NCBI GenBank assembly: GCA_964401855.1
Contig: CAYOAF010000054.1
Coordinates: 1 to 38,232 of the forward strand
Origin: an uncultured Dehalococcoidia bacterium
Lineage (GTDB): Bacteria > Chloroflexota > Dehalococcoidia > Lucifugimonadales > UBA3495
Direction: 5' to 3'
Length of the DNA stretch: 38,232 bases
Below, one piece after another: positions 17,422 to 26,222 of this stretch. Position 1 is the stretch's first letter. Each line of letters opens with the position of its first letter. The translations under genes were made by a program, and so were the position numbers. Under the pieces are notes generated by a model that saw nothing but the letters and a program-made list of their open reading frames with translations, was not told where the DNA came from and did no database searches.

Positions 17422-18147
17422 GTGACCATGCCAACCTACTATCCAGTGTATCTCAATATCGAGGGCAAACTGTGCGTCATCATCGGCGGCGGCGACGTGG
17501 CCGAGGGCAAGATTGCCAAGCTGCTGGAGGCCGGAGCGAGAATCACCCTCATCAGCCCGGACGTGACCCCCGGCATCCGGGCCGCGGCCCAGAGGGGTGA
17601 GCTGGAGTGGCGCCCCCGGAAGTACCAGCCGGGGGACCTGTCAGGGGCGTTCATGGGCGTTGCCGCTACCAACGTCCATTCCGTAAGCACACGCATATTC
17701 GAGGAGGCGGAAGAGCGGGGCGTGCTGCTCAACGTGGTGGACGACACGCCCCGGTGCACCTTCATCACCCCCTCCATCGTGAAGCGGGGTGCGGTAACCC
17801 TGGCCATATCCACCGGCGGGGCCAGCCCGGCCCTGGCCCGGAAGGTGCGGGAGTCCCTAGCCAGCAGCCTGGCCCTGGAGTGGGCCGACCTGGCCGGAGT
17901 GCTATCCCGAGCCCGCCAAGAGGTGAAAACCCGGGGGCAGGCCGTCGATCCCCAACGCTGGCAGTGCTGCCTCACGCCGCATCTGCTGGAGCTGACCCAA
18001 ACCGGGCGCGAAGAGGAGGCTCTGGCCGCCCTTCTGTCCAACCTGCTGGCCGACGTATTGGACGGAGGCAAGGCGGACCTGTGTCCCAACATGGACCAGT
18101 GCCAGCCTGAAGGGTGCCCCGCCAAGCCCGTAGGACCGGCGGGCTGA
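17422..18147 (+). CDS. sirC: Precorrin-2 dehydrogenase / sirohydrochlorin ferrochelatase (SirC / CysG N-domain / Met8-like)
   Basis: 'YPVYLNIEGKLCVIIGGGDVAEGKIAKLLEAGARITLISPD' is the siroheme synthase N-terminal NAD-binding motif. 'AISTGGASPALARKVR' is also present. The start is either GTG at 17422 or ATG at 17428. Confidence 0.8.
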   Translation: MTMPTYYPVYLNIEGKLCVIIGGGDVAEGKIAKLLEAGARITLISPDVTPGIRAAAQRGELEWRPRKYQPGDLSGAFMGVAATNVHSVSTRIFEEAEERGVLLNVVDDTPRCTFITPSIVKRGAVTLAISTGGASPALARKVRESLASSLALEWADLAGVLSRARQEVKTRGQAVDPQRWQCCLTPHLLELTQTGREEEALAALLSNLLADVLDGGKADLCPNMDQCQPEGCPAKPVGPAG

Positions 18148-18275
18148 GCCTTTTCCCGGCCCATTGGACCGGTGCGCCGGCGACCCCATCATGGGGGAAT
18201 GCTCGTCCCGAGGCAGTGGCCCGGTTTCGGAGCGGCAATGTACCAATCTTACGTTTTGGAGGCGCCTGAGGCGGA

Positions 18276-19211
18276 GTGGGCTCACGCAAGGTGATAAAGT
18301 TGGGAAGCCGGGGTAGCGCCCTGGCGTTGCGTCAGTCGGAAGAAGTGCTGGCGCAGCTTCGCGCGCTCTATCCAGCCTTGTGGTTCCAGGTAACCAAAGT
18401 GGGCACTCGCGGGGACATCAACGCCCAGGCCCCGTTGGCCAGTATGGGTCTGGGGGTCTTCGTCAAAGAGATAGAGCGGGAGCTGCTGGATGGCCGGGTG
18501 GACCTGGCGGTGCATAGCCTCAAGGACCTGCCGATCGGCATTCCGCCGGAATTGGCCATCGGCGCCCTGCCGCTCCGGCAGGACCCTCGGGACGCCCTGG
18601 TCAACCGCTGGCACTGCGCCCTCGACCAGTTGCCCCAGGGGGCCCGGATCGGCACCAGCAGTCCCCGGCGGCGAGCCCTGCTCCAGAGCCTGTGCCCCCA
18701 GGTCACCGTAGTGCCGATCCGGGGAAACGTGGAGACCCGGCTCCGCAAAGCTCGAGGGGAGGATTGCGATGGCGCGGTCCTGGCGGCGGCGGGCCTGGTC
18801 CGGCTGGGTCTGACCGGGCAGGTCGCCGCGTACCTCTCTCCCCGGCAGTTCGTGCCGCCGCCGGGTCAGGGTACCCTGGCGGTGGAGGTACGGGCCGGCG
18901 ACGATTGGATGTTGGAGTTGCTCCGGCCCCTAGACCATGTCGAGACCCGGGACGCCGTAACCGCCGAGCGGGCCTTCCTGGAAATGCTGGGCGGCGGATG
19001 CCAGTTGCCCGCGGGCGCCTATGCCCGGAGGGAGGGCGATTCGTTGCTGATGACCGTGTTCCTCGGCTCTCCGGAGGGAGAAAGGGCGTTTCGGGCCGAA
19101 GCCGCGGGGGCGGTCCACGACTCGGCGAAGCTGGCTGGCGACGCCTATCGGTCCCTATTGCAACAGGGCGCGGGAGAGTTGCTCGAAGAGAACGGGACTT
19201 TCCGCGGCTAG
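18276..19211 (+). CDS. hemC: Hydroxymethylbilane synthase (porphobilinogen deaminase)
   Basis: 'IKLGSRGSALALRQSE', 'TRGD', 'AVHSLKDLP', 'GTSSPRRRALL' and 'RGNVETRLRK'. The start is either GTG at 18276 or GTG at 18291. Confidence 0.9.
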   Translation: MGSRKVIKLGSRGSALALRQSEEVLAQLRALYPALWFQVTKVGTRGDINAQAPLASMGLGVFVKEIERELLDGRVDLAVHSLKDLPIGIPPELAIGALPLRQDPRDALVNRWHCALDQLPQGARIGTSSPRRRALLQSLCPQVTVVPIRGNVETRLRKARGEDCDGAVLAAAGLVRLGLTGQVAAYLSPRQFVPPPGQGTLAVEVRAGDDWMLELLRPLDHVETRDAVTAERAFLEMLGGGCQLPAGAYARREGDSLLMTVFLGSPEGERAFRAEAAGAVHDSAKLAGDAYRSLLQQGAGELLEENGTFRG

Positions 19212-19242
19212 TGCCCGGTCAACCTAGTCTTGGTAGGATGTC

Positions 19243-19341
19243 ATTCTGAGGAGCGGAGCGACGAAGAATCTCATTGCAACGCCGAGATTCTTCGGTTCGC
19301 TGCTCTGAAAATCCCCCCCTTCTTCCTCGGGGAGAAGGGGG
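19243..19341. repeat. Two adjacent hairpin elements (REP-like) in the hemC / cobA-hemD spacer
   Basis: Hairpin 1 has arms attctgaggagcggagcgacgaagaatctc (19243-19272) and gagattcttcggttcgctgctctgaaaat (19284-19312). The pairing is imperfect, about 29 bp. Hairpin 2 has arms cccccttct (19315-19323) and agaaggggg (19333-19341). Confidence 0.6.
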
Positions 19342-19370
19342 CAAGGGGATGAGGGACGCGGGAGACAGAT

Positions 19371-20888
19371 ATGCCCGGTAGAGTTTACCTGGTGGGCGCC
19401 GGCCCCGGTGACCCGGGGCTGCTCACGGTAAAGGGGCTTCGCTGCCTGGAACGAGCGGAGGTGGTGGTCTACGACCGCCTGCTGGACCCGTCGCTGCTGC
19501 AGGCGGCTTCGGCGTCGGCGGAGCGCGTGTTCGTGGGCAAGGAGCGGGGGCGGCAGGCCCTGACCCAGGACGAAATCAACCAGGTGTTGATCGACCGTGC
19601 CCGCGCCGGCCTGGAGGTGGTGCGCCTCAAGGGCGGCGACCCCTTCGTCTTCGGCCGGGGCGGCGAGGAAGCTCTGGCCCTGGCCCAGCACGGCATCCCC
19701 TTTGAAGTTGTCCCCGGCGTAACCTCGCCCGTGGCGGCGGCGGCCTACGCCGGCATTCCCCTCACCCACCGGGGCATCGCCGCGACGTTTACCGTGGTCA
19801 GCGGCAGCGAGGACCCGTCAAATCCGGAATCGACCGTTTCCTGGGAAGCCCTGGCCTGCGCCGGAGGGACCCTGGTGGTGCTGATGGGCTGGACCGGGCT
19901 GGAAACCATCCTCACCACACTCCTCCGCCACGGTTTGGCCCCGGACACGCCGGTGGCTCTGGTCCAGTGGGGCACCTGGCCGAGACAGGTTACCGTCACT
20001 GGACGCCTGGACAACACCATCGACCGGGGCCGGGAGGCCGGGCTTGAGCCGCCGGTTATCGCCGTCATCGGAAGAGTAGTGGGGTTGCGGGAGCAACTCC
20101 GTTGGTTCGACCGCCGTCCCCTGTTCGGCAAAAAGGTCTTGATCACCCGGTCGCAGACCCAGGCGTCAAAGCTGCGGGAAATGTTGGCGGCCCTAGGCGC
20201 CCAGCCGGTGGAGCTTCCCACTATTCAGACGGCCCCCCTGGAGGATTACGCCGCGCTGGACGCCGCGCTGGCCCGGCTCGGCGGCTTCCGCTGGGTTATT
20301 TTTACCAGCATCAACGCGGTGGAGGCGGTATTCGCCCGCCTGGAACGGGGAGAAACGCGCCGGGACGCCCGGGCCTTCGGGAACGCGCAGATTGGGGCCA
20401 TCGGACCGGCTACGGCGGAGGCCTTGCAGCGCCGCGGGCTCATCGCCAACTTTGTGCCCGCCAGGTCGGTGTCGGAGGCGGTGCTGGAGGAGCTATCGGG
20501 CCGGGACTGGGCGAACGTGCCGGTTTTCCTGCCCGCGGCCGATATCGGCCGGGACGCCCTGGCCCAAGGACTGGCCCGTTTGGGCGCCAAAGTGGAGCGA
20601 GTGGCCGCCTACCGCACCGTCACCCCCCCGAACATCGACGACCAGGCCCGGGAGATCCTGGACCAGCGGGTAGACGTGGTGACCTTCACCAGCTCCTCCA
20701 CGGTGCGCAACCTTCTGGAGGCGCTGGATGGCGACGGGTCGGGTCTGAAATCCAGTATAATAGCGTGCATCGGTCCAGCTACCGCGGCCACAGCCCGTGA
20801 ACTGGGCTTGCACGTCGACCTGGTGGCCGAACGCCATACCGTCGAAGGGCTGGTCGAAGCCCTCGTCCAACACCTGGGCCATAGCTAG
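19371..20888 (+). CDS. cobA: Bifunctional uroporphyrinogen-III C-methyltransferase / uroporphyrinogen-III synthase
   Basis: The N-terminal half, 'VYLVGAGPGDPGLLTVKGLRCLERAEVVVYDRL...VRLKGGDPFVFGRGGEE', is SUMT. The C-terminal ~250 aa ('KKVLITRSQTQASKL...VIFTSINAV...VTFTSSSTVRN') is HemD. Confidence 0.9.
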   Translation: MPGRVYLVGAGPGDPGLLTVKGLRCLERAEVVVYDRLLDPSLLQAASASAERVFVGKERGRQALTQDEINQVLIDRARAGLEVVRLKGGDPFVFGRGGEEALALAQHGIPFEVVPGVTSPVAAAAYAGIPLTHRGIAATFTVVSGSEDPSNPESTVSWEALACAGGTLVVLMGWTGLETILTTLLRHGLAPDTPVALVQWGTWPRQVTVTGRLDNTIDRGREAGLEPPVIAVIGRVVGLREQLRWFDRRPLFGKKVLITRSQTQASKLREMLAALGAQPVELPTIQTAPLEDYAALDAALARLGGFRWVIFTSINAVEAVFARLERGETRRDARAFGNAQIGAIGPATAEALQRRGLIANFVPARSVSEAVLEELSGRDWANVPVFLPAADIGRDALAQGLARLGAKVERVAAYRTVTPPNIDDQAREILDQRVDVVTFTSSSTVRNLLEALDGDGSGLKSSIIACIGPATAATARELGLHVDLVAERHTVEGLVEALVQHLGHS

Positions 20889-20935
20889 TGCTCTATCCAG
20901 CAAGTTGTTGAACTCGGGGTGACCCTCATCCTAGC

Positions 20936-20992
20936 CTTCCACCTTCGTAAGGGGGAGGGAACTAGTCCTCTCCCCCTTACGAAGGTGGAGAG
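20936..20992. repeat. Near-perfect ~57-bp palindrome centred on ACTAGT (REP-like) in the cobA-hemD / hemB spacer
   Basis: The sequence is cttccaccttcgtaagggggaggga-actagt-cctctcccccttacgaaggtggagag. It contains a perfect 19-bp core, ccaccttcgtaagggggag / ctcccccttacgaaggtgg. Confidence 0.65.
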
Positions 20993-21034
20993 TTAGAGAG
21001 GGGTCCCTGCGACCACGTGAAAACGGAGGGACCC

Positions 21035-22018
21035 ATGGTTAGTTTTCCAGAACTGCGGCTCCGACGCCTGCGGGGACAGGAGCCCTTGAGGAGCATGATC
21101 CGGGAGACCTGCCTCTCCCCGGCCCAGTTCGTCTACCCCATGTTCGTGACCCACGGCAACGGAGTACGCGACCCCATCGAGCCCATGCCGGGCTGCTTTC
21201 ATCTTTCCCTGGACCGGCTGACCGAGGAGATTGGCGAGGTGGCCGAGCTGAGTATTCCATCGGTGCTCCTCTTCGGGCTGCCCGCGGAGAAGGACCCGTT
21301 GGGCACCGAAGGGTATGACCCGGAGGGCATTGTTCAGGAGGCGATTCGGGCCATCAAGCGGGACGTGCCCGATATGCTGGTGATCACCGACGTATGCGTC
21401 TGCGAGTACACCGACCACGGACATTGCGGCGTTGTTGAAAACGGCCGGGTGGACAACGACAAGACCCTGGACCTGCTGGCCCGGTCCGCCGTCTCCCACG
21501 TCCAGGCGGGGGCCGACCTGGTCGCCCCTTCCGCCATGATGGACGGGCAGGTCTGGGCGATACGGCAGGCGTTGAACGACCACGGGTACACCGATGTACC
21601 CATCATGGGGTACGCCGCCAAGTACGCCTCCGCCTTTTACGGTCCCTTCCGGGTGGCCGCGGACTCCACCCCCCAGTTCGGCGACCGCCGCAGCTACCAG
21701 ATGGACCCGGCCAACGTCCGCATGGCCATGCGGGAGATAGAGAGCGATATCGCCGAGGGGGCCGACATCGTCATGGTCAAGCCGGCGCTGTTCTACTTGG
21801 ACATCATCCGCCAGGCGAGGGAACGCTTCGACCTTCCCCTGGCCGCCTACAACGTGAGCGGCGAGTACTCGATGGTCAAGGCGGCGGCCCGCCAGGGCTG
21901 GGTCGACGAAAAGCAGGTGACCATGGAACTCCTGACCTCCATCAAACGGGCCGGCGCCGACATCATCCTCAGCTACCACGCCAAGGACGCCGCCCGCTGG
22001 CTAAAAGAGAGAGAATAG
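21035..22018 (+). CDS. hemB: Porphobilinogen synthase (delta-aminolevulinate dehydratase)
   Basis: 'RLRRLR', 'PMFV', 'DVCVCEYTDHGHCG' (Cys-rich Zn site), 'APSAMMDGQV', 'SAFYGPFR' and 'VKPA'. ATG at 21035 with GGAGGG 6 nt upstream. Confidence 0.92.
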   Translation: MVSFPELRLRRLRGQEPLRSMIRETCLSPAQFVYPMFVTHGNGVRDPIEPMPGCFHLSLDRLTEEIGEVAELSIPSVLLFGLPAEKDPLGTEGYDPEGIVQEAIRAIKRDVPDMLVITDVCVCEYTDHGHCGVVENGRVDNDKTLDLLARSAVSHVQAGADLVAPSAMMDGQVWAIRQALNDHGYTDVPIMGYAAKYASAFYGPFRVAADSTPQFGDRRSYQMDPANVRMAMREIESDIAEGADIVMVKPALFYLDIIRQARERFDLPLAAYNVSGEYSMVKAAARQGWVDEKQVTMELLTSIKRAGADIILSYHAKDAARWLKERE

Positions 22019-22099
22019 CCGCCGGTGCTTGCACCTAGCTGAGCCTACTCCCAGCAAAACGGGATGGGGTGAAAACGACATTATTGCGAAGGTCGGTTT

Positions 22100-23386
22100 A
22101 TGAATCTTTCCAGGTCTGAAAAGCTCTTTTCCAAAGCCCAGCAGCACATCCCCGGCGGGGTCAACAGCCCGGTACGGTCCTTCCGCGCCGTGGGCGGGAT
22201 CCCTCCGTTCATCGCCCGGGGCCAGGGCGCCAGGGTCTGGGACGTGGACGGCAACGAGTACATCGACTACTTGGGCTCCTGGGGCCCCCTGGTGCTGGGC
22301 CATGCCCACCCGGCGGTGGTCGACGCCGTCAAGAAGGCCGCTGCGGGGGGCACCAGCTTCGGTGCGCCAGTGGAGCAGGAGGTTGAACTGGCCCGGCTCA
22401 TCTGCGAGGCGTTGCCCTCGGTGGACATGGTCCGGCTGGTCAGCTCCGGCACCGAGGCATGCATGAGCGCCATCCGGATGGCCCGCGCCTTCACCGGCCG
22501 GGACAAGGTGGTCAAGTTCTCCGGCTGCTACCACGGCCACGCCGACGGCCTGCTGGTCAAGGCCGGCTCCGGGGCGTTGACCCACGGGGTGCCCACCAGC
22601 GCCGGGGTCCCCGCCTCCTACGCCAGCGAAACGCTGCTGGCCGACTACAACGGCCTGGCCTCGGTGGAGCGGCTGTTCACCGCCTATCCGGCGGACATAG
22701 CCGGGGTTATCGTGGAGCCGGTGGCGGGCAACATGGGGGTGGTGCCGCCGTCAAACGGTTTCTTGAAGGGATTGCGGGACCTGACGGCCCGGCACGGGGC
22801 TCTGTTCATCTTCGACGAGGTGATAACCGGGTTCCGCATTGCCTACGGCGGCGCCCAGGGCCTCTACGGCATCACACCTGACATCACCTGTCTGGGCAAG
22901 ATCATCGGCGGAGGCCTGCCGGTGGGCGCCTACGGCGGGCGGCGGGACATCATGGAGGTGGTCGCCCCCCTGGGCCCCATGTACCAGGCGGGCACCCTGT
23001 CCGGCAATCCCCTGGCCGTGGCCGCGGGAACGGCGGCGTTGCAAGAACTGCACCGCCCCGGCGCCTACGAACGGCTGGAGTCCCTGTCCCGCAGGCTCGT
23101 CGAGGGGCTGTCCGAGGTGTTCAGCCGCCTGGAGGTCCCCTCCACCGTCAACCGGGTCGGCTCCATGCTCACCGGCTTCCTCAACCCTGGGCCGGTGCAA
23201 ACGCTGGCCCAGGTAGAGCAGTCGGACGCGGCGCGGCACGGCCGGTTCTTTCACGCCCTCCTGGAAAGGGGCGTCTACACGGCGCCCTCCCAGTTCGAGG
23301 CAGGATTTGTCTCGCTGGCCCACACCGAGGATGATATAGACCGGACCATCGCGGTCGCCGAGGCGGCGCTCAAGGGTTCGGCTTGA
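22100..23386 (+). CDS. hemL: Glutamate-1-semialdehyde 2,1-aminomutase
   Basis: '[17 protein letters not shown]', '[18 protein letters not shown]', 'FDEVITGFR' and the PLP lysine context '[17 protein letters not shown]'. Confidence 0.92.
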   Translation: MNLSRSEKLFSKAQQHIPGGVNSPVRSFRAVGGIPPFIARGQGARVWDVDGNEYIDYLGSWGPLVLGHAHPAVVDAVKKAAAGGTSFGAPVEQEVELARLICEALPSVDMVRLVSSGTEACMSAIRMARAFTGRDKVVKFSGCYHGHADGLLVKAGSGALTHGVPTSAGVPASYASETLLADYNGLASVERLFTAYPADIAGVIVEPVAGNMGVVPPSNGFLKGLRDLTARHGALFIFDEVITGFRIAYGGAQGLYGITPDITCLGKIIGGGLPVGAYGGRRDIMEVVAPLGPMYQAGTLSGNPLAVAAGTAALQELHRPGAYERLESLSRRLVEGLSEVFSRLEVPSTVNRVGSMLTGFLNPGPVQTLAQVEQSDAARHGRFFHALLERGVYTAPSQFEAGFVSLAHTEDDIDRTIAVAEAALKGSA

Positions 23387-23512
23387 CCGGACGGCCTCCG
23401 CACCCGCAATGAACGACCGGCTCCACCGCCAAGGTAGGGGAGCTGGTGCTGATGTTGTGGGAAGCCTGAACATAGGGGCGATTGGCCGATCGCCCTCACA
23501 CGATGGGCGCTC

Positions 23513-23989
23513 CTACGACCCGTACCGCACGGCGGCGTTGGGATCGCTGTAGACGACGTTCTTGGTCGCCCAGAAAACCACGCTGATCCGGTCGACGGCG
23601 GCAACCAACTCCTGGGCCGCCTCCGGGTCCACGTTCTGCTTGTTGCGCCCGGCCAGCTTCTCCGCGTCCCAGAAGGTGGTGTGCAGGTCGGGATGCGCTT
23701 CCACGTGCTCCGGGCGGAAGTAGTCGGCCCAGAGGACCCGCAGCTCATGCTTGCAGATTTCCGCGTGTTCCTCCTTGACGGTCACGTACCGGGATACCGT
23801 GTTCGCGTAGCCTTGGACGGCTCCGGCGTCGGCGCCGGGATCGGGCGCCGCCAGGGCCTGGATGCGTTGCACCATTTTCTGTACCGTCTGGGCCGCGATC
23901 TTGGCGGCTATGGGGTCATAGATCCCGCAAGGGATGTCACAGTGGGCCTCGGCGATTTCCGCCTTGATCAGACCGAAAGGGTTGAACAC
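23513..23989 (-). CDS. sodN: Nickel superoxide dismutase precursor
   Basis: The Ni-hook 'HCDIPCGIYDP' comes after a 14-aa propeptide (MFNPFGLIKAEIAEA). 'VLWADYFRPEH' is also present. GTG start with GGAGGA 6 nt upstream. Confidence 0.9.
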   Translation of the reverse strand: MFNPFGLIKAEIAEAHCDIPCGIYDPIAAKIAAQTVQKMVQRIQALAAPDPGADAGAVQGYANTVSRYVTVKEEHAEICKHELRVLWADYFRPEHVEAHPDLHTTFWDAEKLAGRNKQNVDPEAAQELVAAVDRISVVFWATKNVVYSDPNAAVRYGS

Positions 23990-24226
23990 TGTCGTTCCTC
24001 CACGTTTATTATTATATTGGCACCGTTATAGAGTACCGAAAATCGAAGCGGCGCGCAAGCCCCGGCGCAAACTGCTCGCAGCGCCCGTTGTTGGCGAACC
24101 GCCCTCCGTGACAACTGTAAGGGCTCTTTTCACCCAACTCCCGACTGAAAGCATTTACCTTAGAGGAATTCGCGGGGATAATTGGGGCGGGTGGGACGGA
24201 GCCGCAAGCTGCCAAAGCCCACCAGG

Positions 24227-24256
24227 TTGTAACCGGCGGAGGCCGCCGCTTATAAT
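24227..24256 (+). promoter_or_regulatory. Candidate sigma-70 promoter for ilvD
   Basis: TTGTAA (24227-24232), an 18-nt spacer, then TATAAT (24251-24256). This lies about 42 nt upstream of the ilvD GTG, and an AGGAG RBS lies between them. Confidence 0.5.
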
Positions 24257-24298
24257 GGGCCAAGCTCGCCAACCGGCTCAGAAGAGGAGACAGCCACC

Positions 24299-25987
24299 GT
24301 GACTATCACCAGCGAAATGCTCAGGTTGAAGCACCGCAGCAAGGAGATCACCGAGGGGCCGGACCGGGCGCCGGGCCGGGCGATGCTCCGGGCCATGGGC
24401 TTGACCCAGGACGACCTGGATCAGCCCTTCATCGCCGTCGCCAACCTGGCCAGCGACGTCACGCCGTGCAACGTCCACCTGGACCGGTTCGCCCAGGCGG
24501 CCAAGGTGGGAATCCGCCAGGCCGGCGGCACCCCTTTCGAGTTCGGCACCATTACGGTGAGCGACGGCATCTCCATGGGCACCGAGGGCATGAAGGCGTC
24601 CCTGGTCAGCCGGGAGGTCATCGCCGACTCCATCGAGGTGGTGGCCTTCGGCGAGCGGATGGACGGCCTGCTGACCGTCGCCGGCTGCGATAAGAACATG
24701 CCCGGCTGCCTGATGGCCATCGCCCGCCTCAACATCCCGGCCCTCTTCGTCTACGGGGGCACCATCATGCCCGGCCGGTTCGAGGGCCGCGACGTGAACA
24801 TCCAGGATGTGTTCGAGGCGGTGGGCGCCCACGCCAAGGGCAACATGACCTCGGAGCAACTGCTGGACCTAGAGTGCCACGCCTGCCCCGGAGAAGGCTC
24901 CTGCGCCGGCCTGTTCACCGCCAACACCATGTCCACTGCCATCGAGGCCCTGGGCATGTCGCTGCCCGGCGACGCATCGATCCCCGCCCCCGACCCGCGC
25001 AAGGTGGAGGAAAGCCGCCGGGCCGGAAGCACGATGATGCGTCTTCTGCAAGAGGACCTGCGCCCCCGGGATATCCTGACGAAGCAGGCCTTCGAGAACG
25101 CCATCACCGTGGCAGTGGCCATGGGCGGCTCCACCAACGTGGTGCTGCACCTGCTGGCCATCGCCCGGGAGGCGGCGGTGGACCTGAGCCTGGACGACTT
25201 CGACCGCATCAGCCGCAGCACCCCTTACATCGCCGACATGAAGCCCGCCGGGCGCTACGTCATGGCCGACCTGGACCGGTACGGCGGCGTGGCGCTGGTG
25301 ATGAAGCGGCTGCTGGGGGCCGGACTGCTCCACGGCGACGCCATGACCATCACCGGAAAGACCCTCCAGGAGAACCTGGAGGCGTCGGAGACCATCGAAA
25401 ACCAGCCGGTCATCTATGCGGCCGATGCGCCGCGCGCTCCCACCGGCGGGCTGGCAATCCTCCACGGAAACCTGGCCCCGGAGGGAGCGGTCATCAAGGT
25501 CGCCGGGCACCAGGAGCGGGTCTACCAGGGCCCGGCCCGAGTCTTCGACCAGGAACAGGCCGCCTTCCGGGCCATCCAGCGCCGAGAGATCAAGTCCGGA
25601 GACGTGGTGGTCATCCGGTACGAGGGCCCCAAGGGCGGCCCCGGCATGCGGGAGATGCTGGCCGTCACCGGCGCCCTGGTGGGACAGGGGCTGGGCGATG
25701 AGGTGGCCCTGATCACCGATGGCCGCTTCTCCGGCGCCACCCACGGCCCCATGGTGGGCCACGTGGCGCCCGAGGCCCAGGTGGGCGGGCCCATCGGCCT
25801 GGTCCAAGAGGGCGACGTCATCACCTTGGACATCCCGGGCCGCCGCCTGGACGCGAAGCTAACCGGAGAGGAGCTTGCTGGCCGTCGGGCCAAGTGGCAA
25901 CCCATCCCGCCCAACTACACCACCGGCGTACTGGCCAAGTACGCCAAGCTGGTTTCCTCCGCTTCGGAAGGCGCGGTGACGGGGTAG
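24299..25987 (+). CDS. ilvD: Dihydroxy-acid dehydratase
   Basis: '[22 protein letters not shown]', 'CDKNMPG', '[16 protein letters not shown]' and '[12 protein letters not shown]'. Confidence 0.93.
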   Translation: MTITSEMLRLKHRSKEITEGPDRAPGRAMLRAMGLTQDDLDQPFIAVANLASDVTPCNVHLDRFAQAAKVGIRQAGGTPFEFGTITVSDGISMGTEGMKASLVSREVIADSIEVVAFGERMDGLLTVAGCDKNMPGCLMAIARLNIPALFVYGGTIMPGRFEGRDVNIQDVFEAVGAHAKGNMTSEQLLDLECHACPGEGSCAGLFTANTMSTAIEALGMSLPGDASIPAPDPRKVEESRRAGSTMMRLLQEDLRPRDILTKQAFENAITVAVAMGGSTNVVLHLLAIAREAAVDLSLDDFDRISRSTPYIADMKPAGRYVMADLDRYGGVALVMKRLLGAGLLHGDAMTITGKTLQENLEASETIENQPVIYAADAPRAPTGGLAILHGNLAPEGAVIKVAGHQERVYQGPARVFDQEQAAFRAIQRREIKSGDVVVIRYEGPKGGPGMREMLAVTGALVGQGLGDEVALITDGRFSGATHGPMVGHVAPEAQVGGPIGLVQEGDVITLDIPGRRLDAKLTGEELAGRRAKWQPIPPNYTTGVLAKYAKLVSSASEGAVTG

Positions 25988-26060
25988 AGGCCCATTGCTT
26001 TGATACCATCCTGGTGTCATATCCACGGGCGCGAGCCGCAGCCAGGTCTTCCGCTGCGCA

Positions 26061-26222
26061 GTGGAGGAACACCTGCGGCGGGTAAAAGAGCGGGAGGACG
26101 TACAGCAATACATAAGAGGCTACCGAGAGCATCCGGAGACTCGAGTTGAACGGGCGGTGGCCGAGTCCACTTTACGCTACGCCTTTAATGACGAGTCATG
26201 GGAAGAAGCGTTTAGCAAATGA
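26061..26222 (+). CDS. Putative antitoxin (C-terminal part of a ribbon-helix-helix antitoxin)
   Basis: The frame is open from 26004 and its stop overlaps the toxin start in an ATGA. The translation is '...GASRSQVFRCAVEEHLRRVKEREDVQQYIRGY...NDESWEEAFSK'. The 'SRSQVFRCAVEEHLRR' stretch looks like RHH helix 2. No ATG is present, and the first usable start is GTG at 26061 (53 aa). Confidence 0.45.
   Translation: MEEHLRRVKEREDVQQYIRGYREHPETRVERAVAESTLRYAFNDESWEEAFSK

Noticed and set aside
20993-21979. 328-aa ORF on the minus strand
   Set aside because: It lies antisense to hemB, whose identity is unambiguous. It is a shadow ORF.
23440-23512. Bidirectional terminator between hemL and sodN (gggcgat-tggccg-atcgccc)
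   Set aside because: It has only a 7-bp stem with no flanking U/A tracts on either strand, which is too weak to call.
24869-25807. 312-aa minus-strand ORF and a 275-aa plus-strand alternative-frame ORF (24874-25701) within ilvD
   Set aside because: Both overlap ilvD completely and are Gly/Arg/Pro/His-rich without motifs. They are frame shadows of a GC-rich gene.
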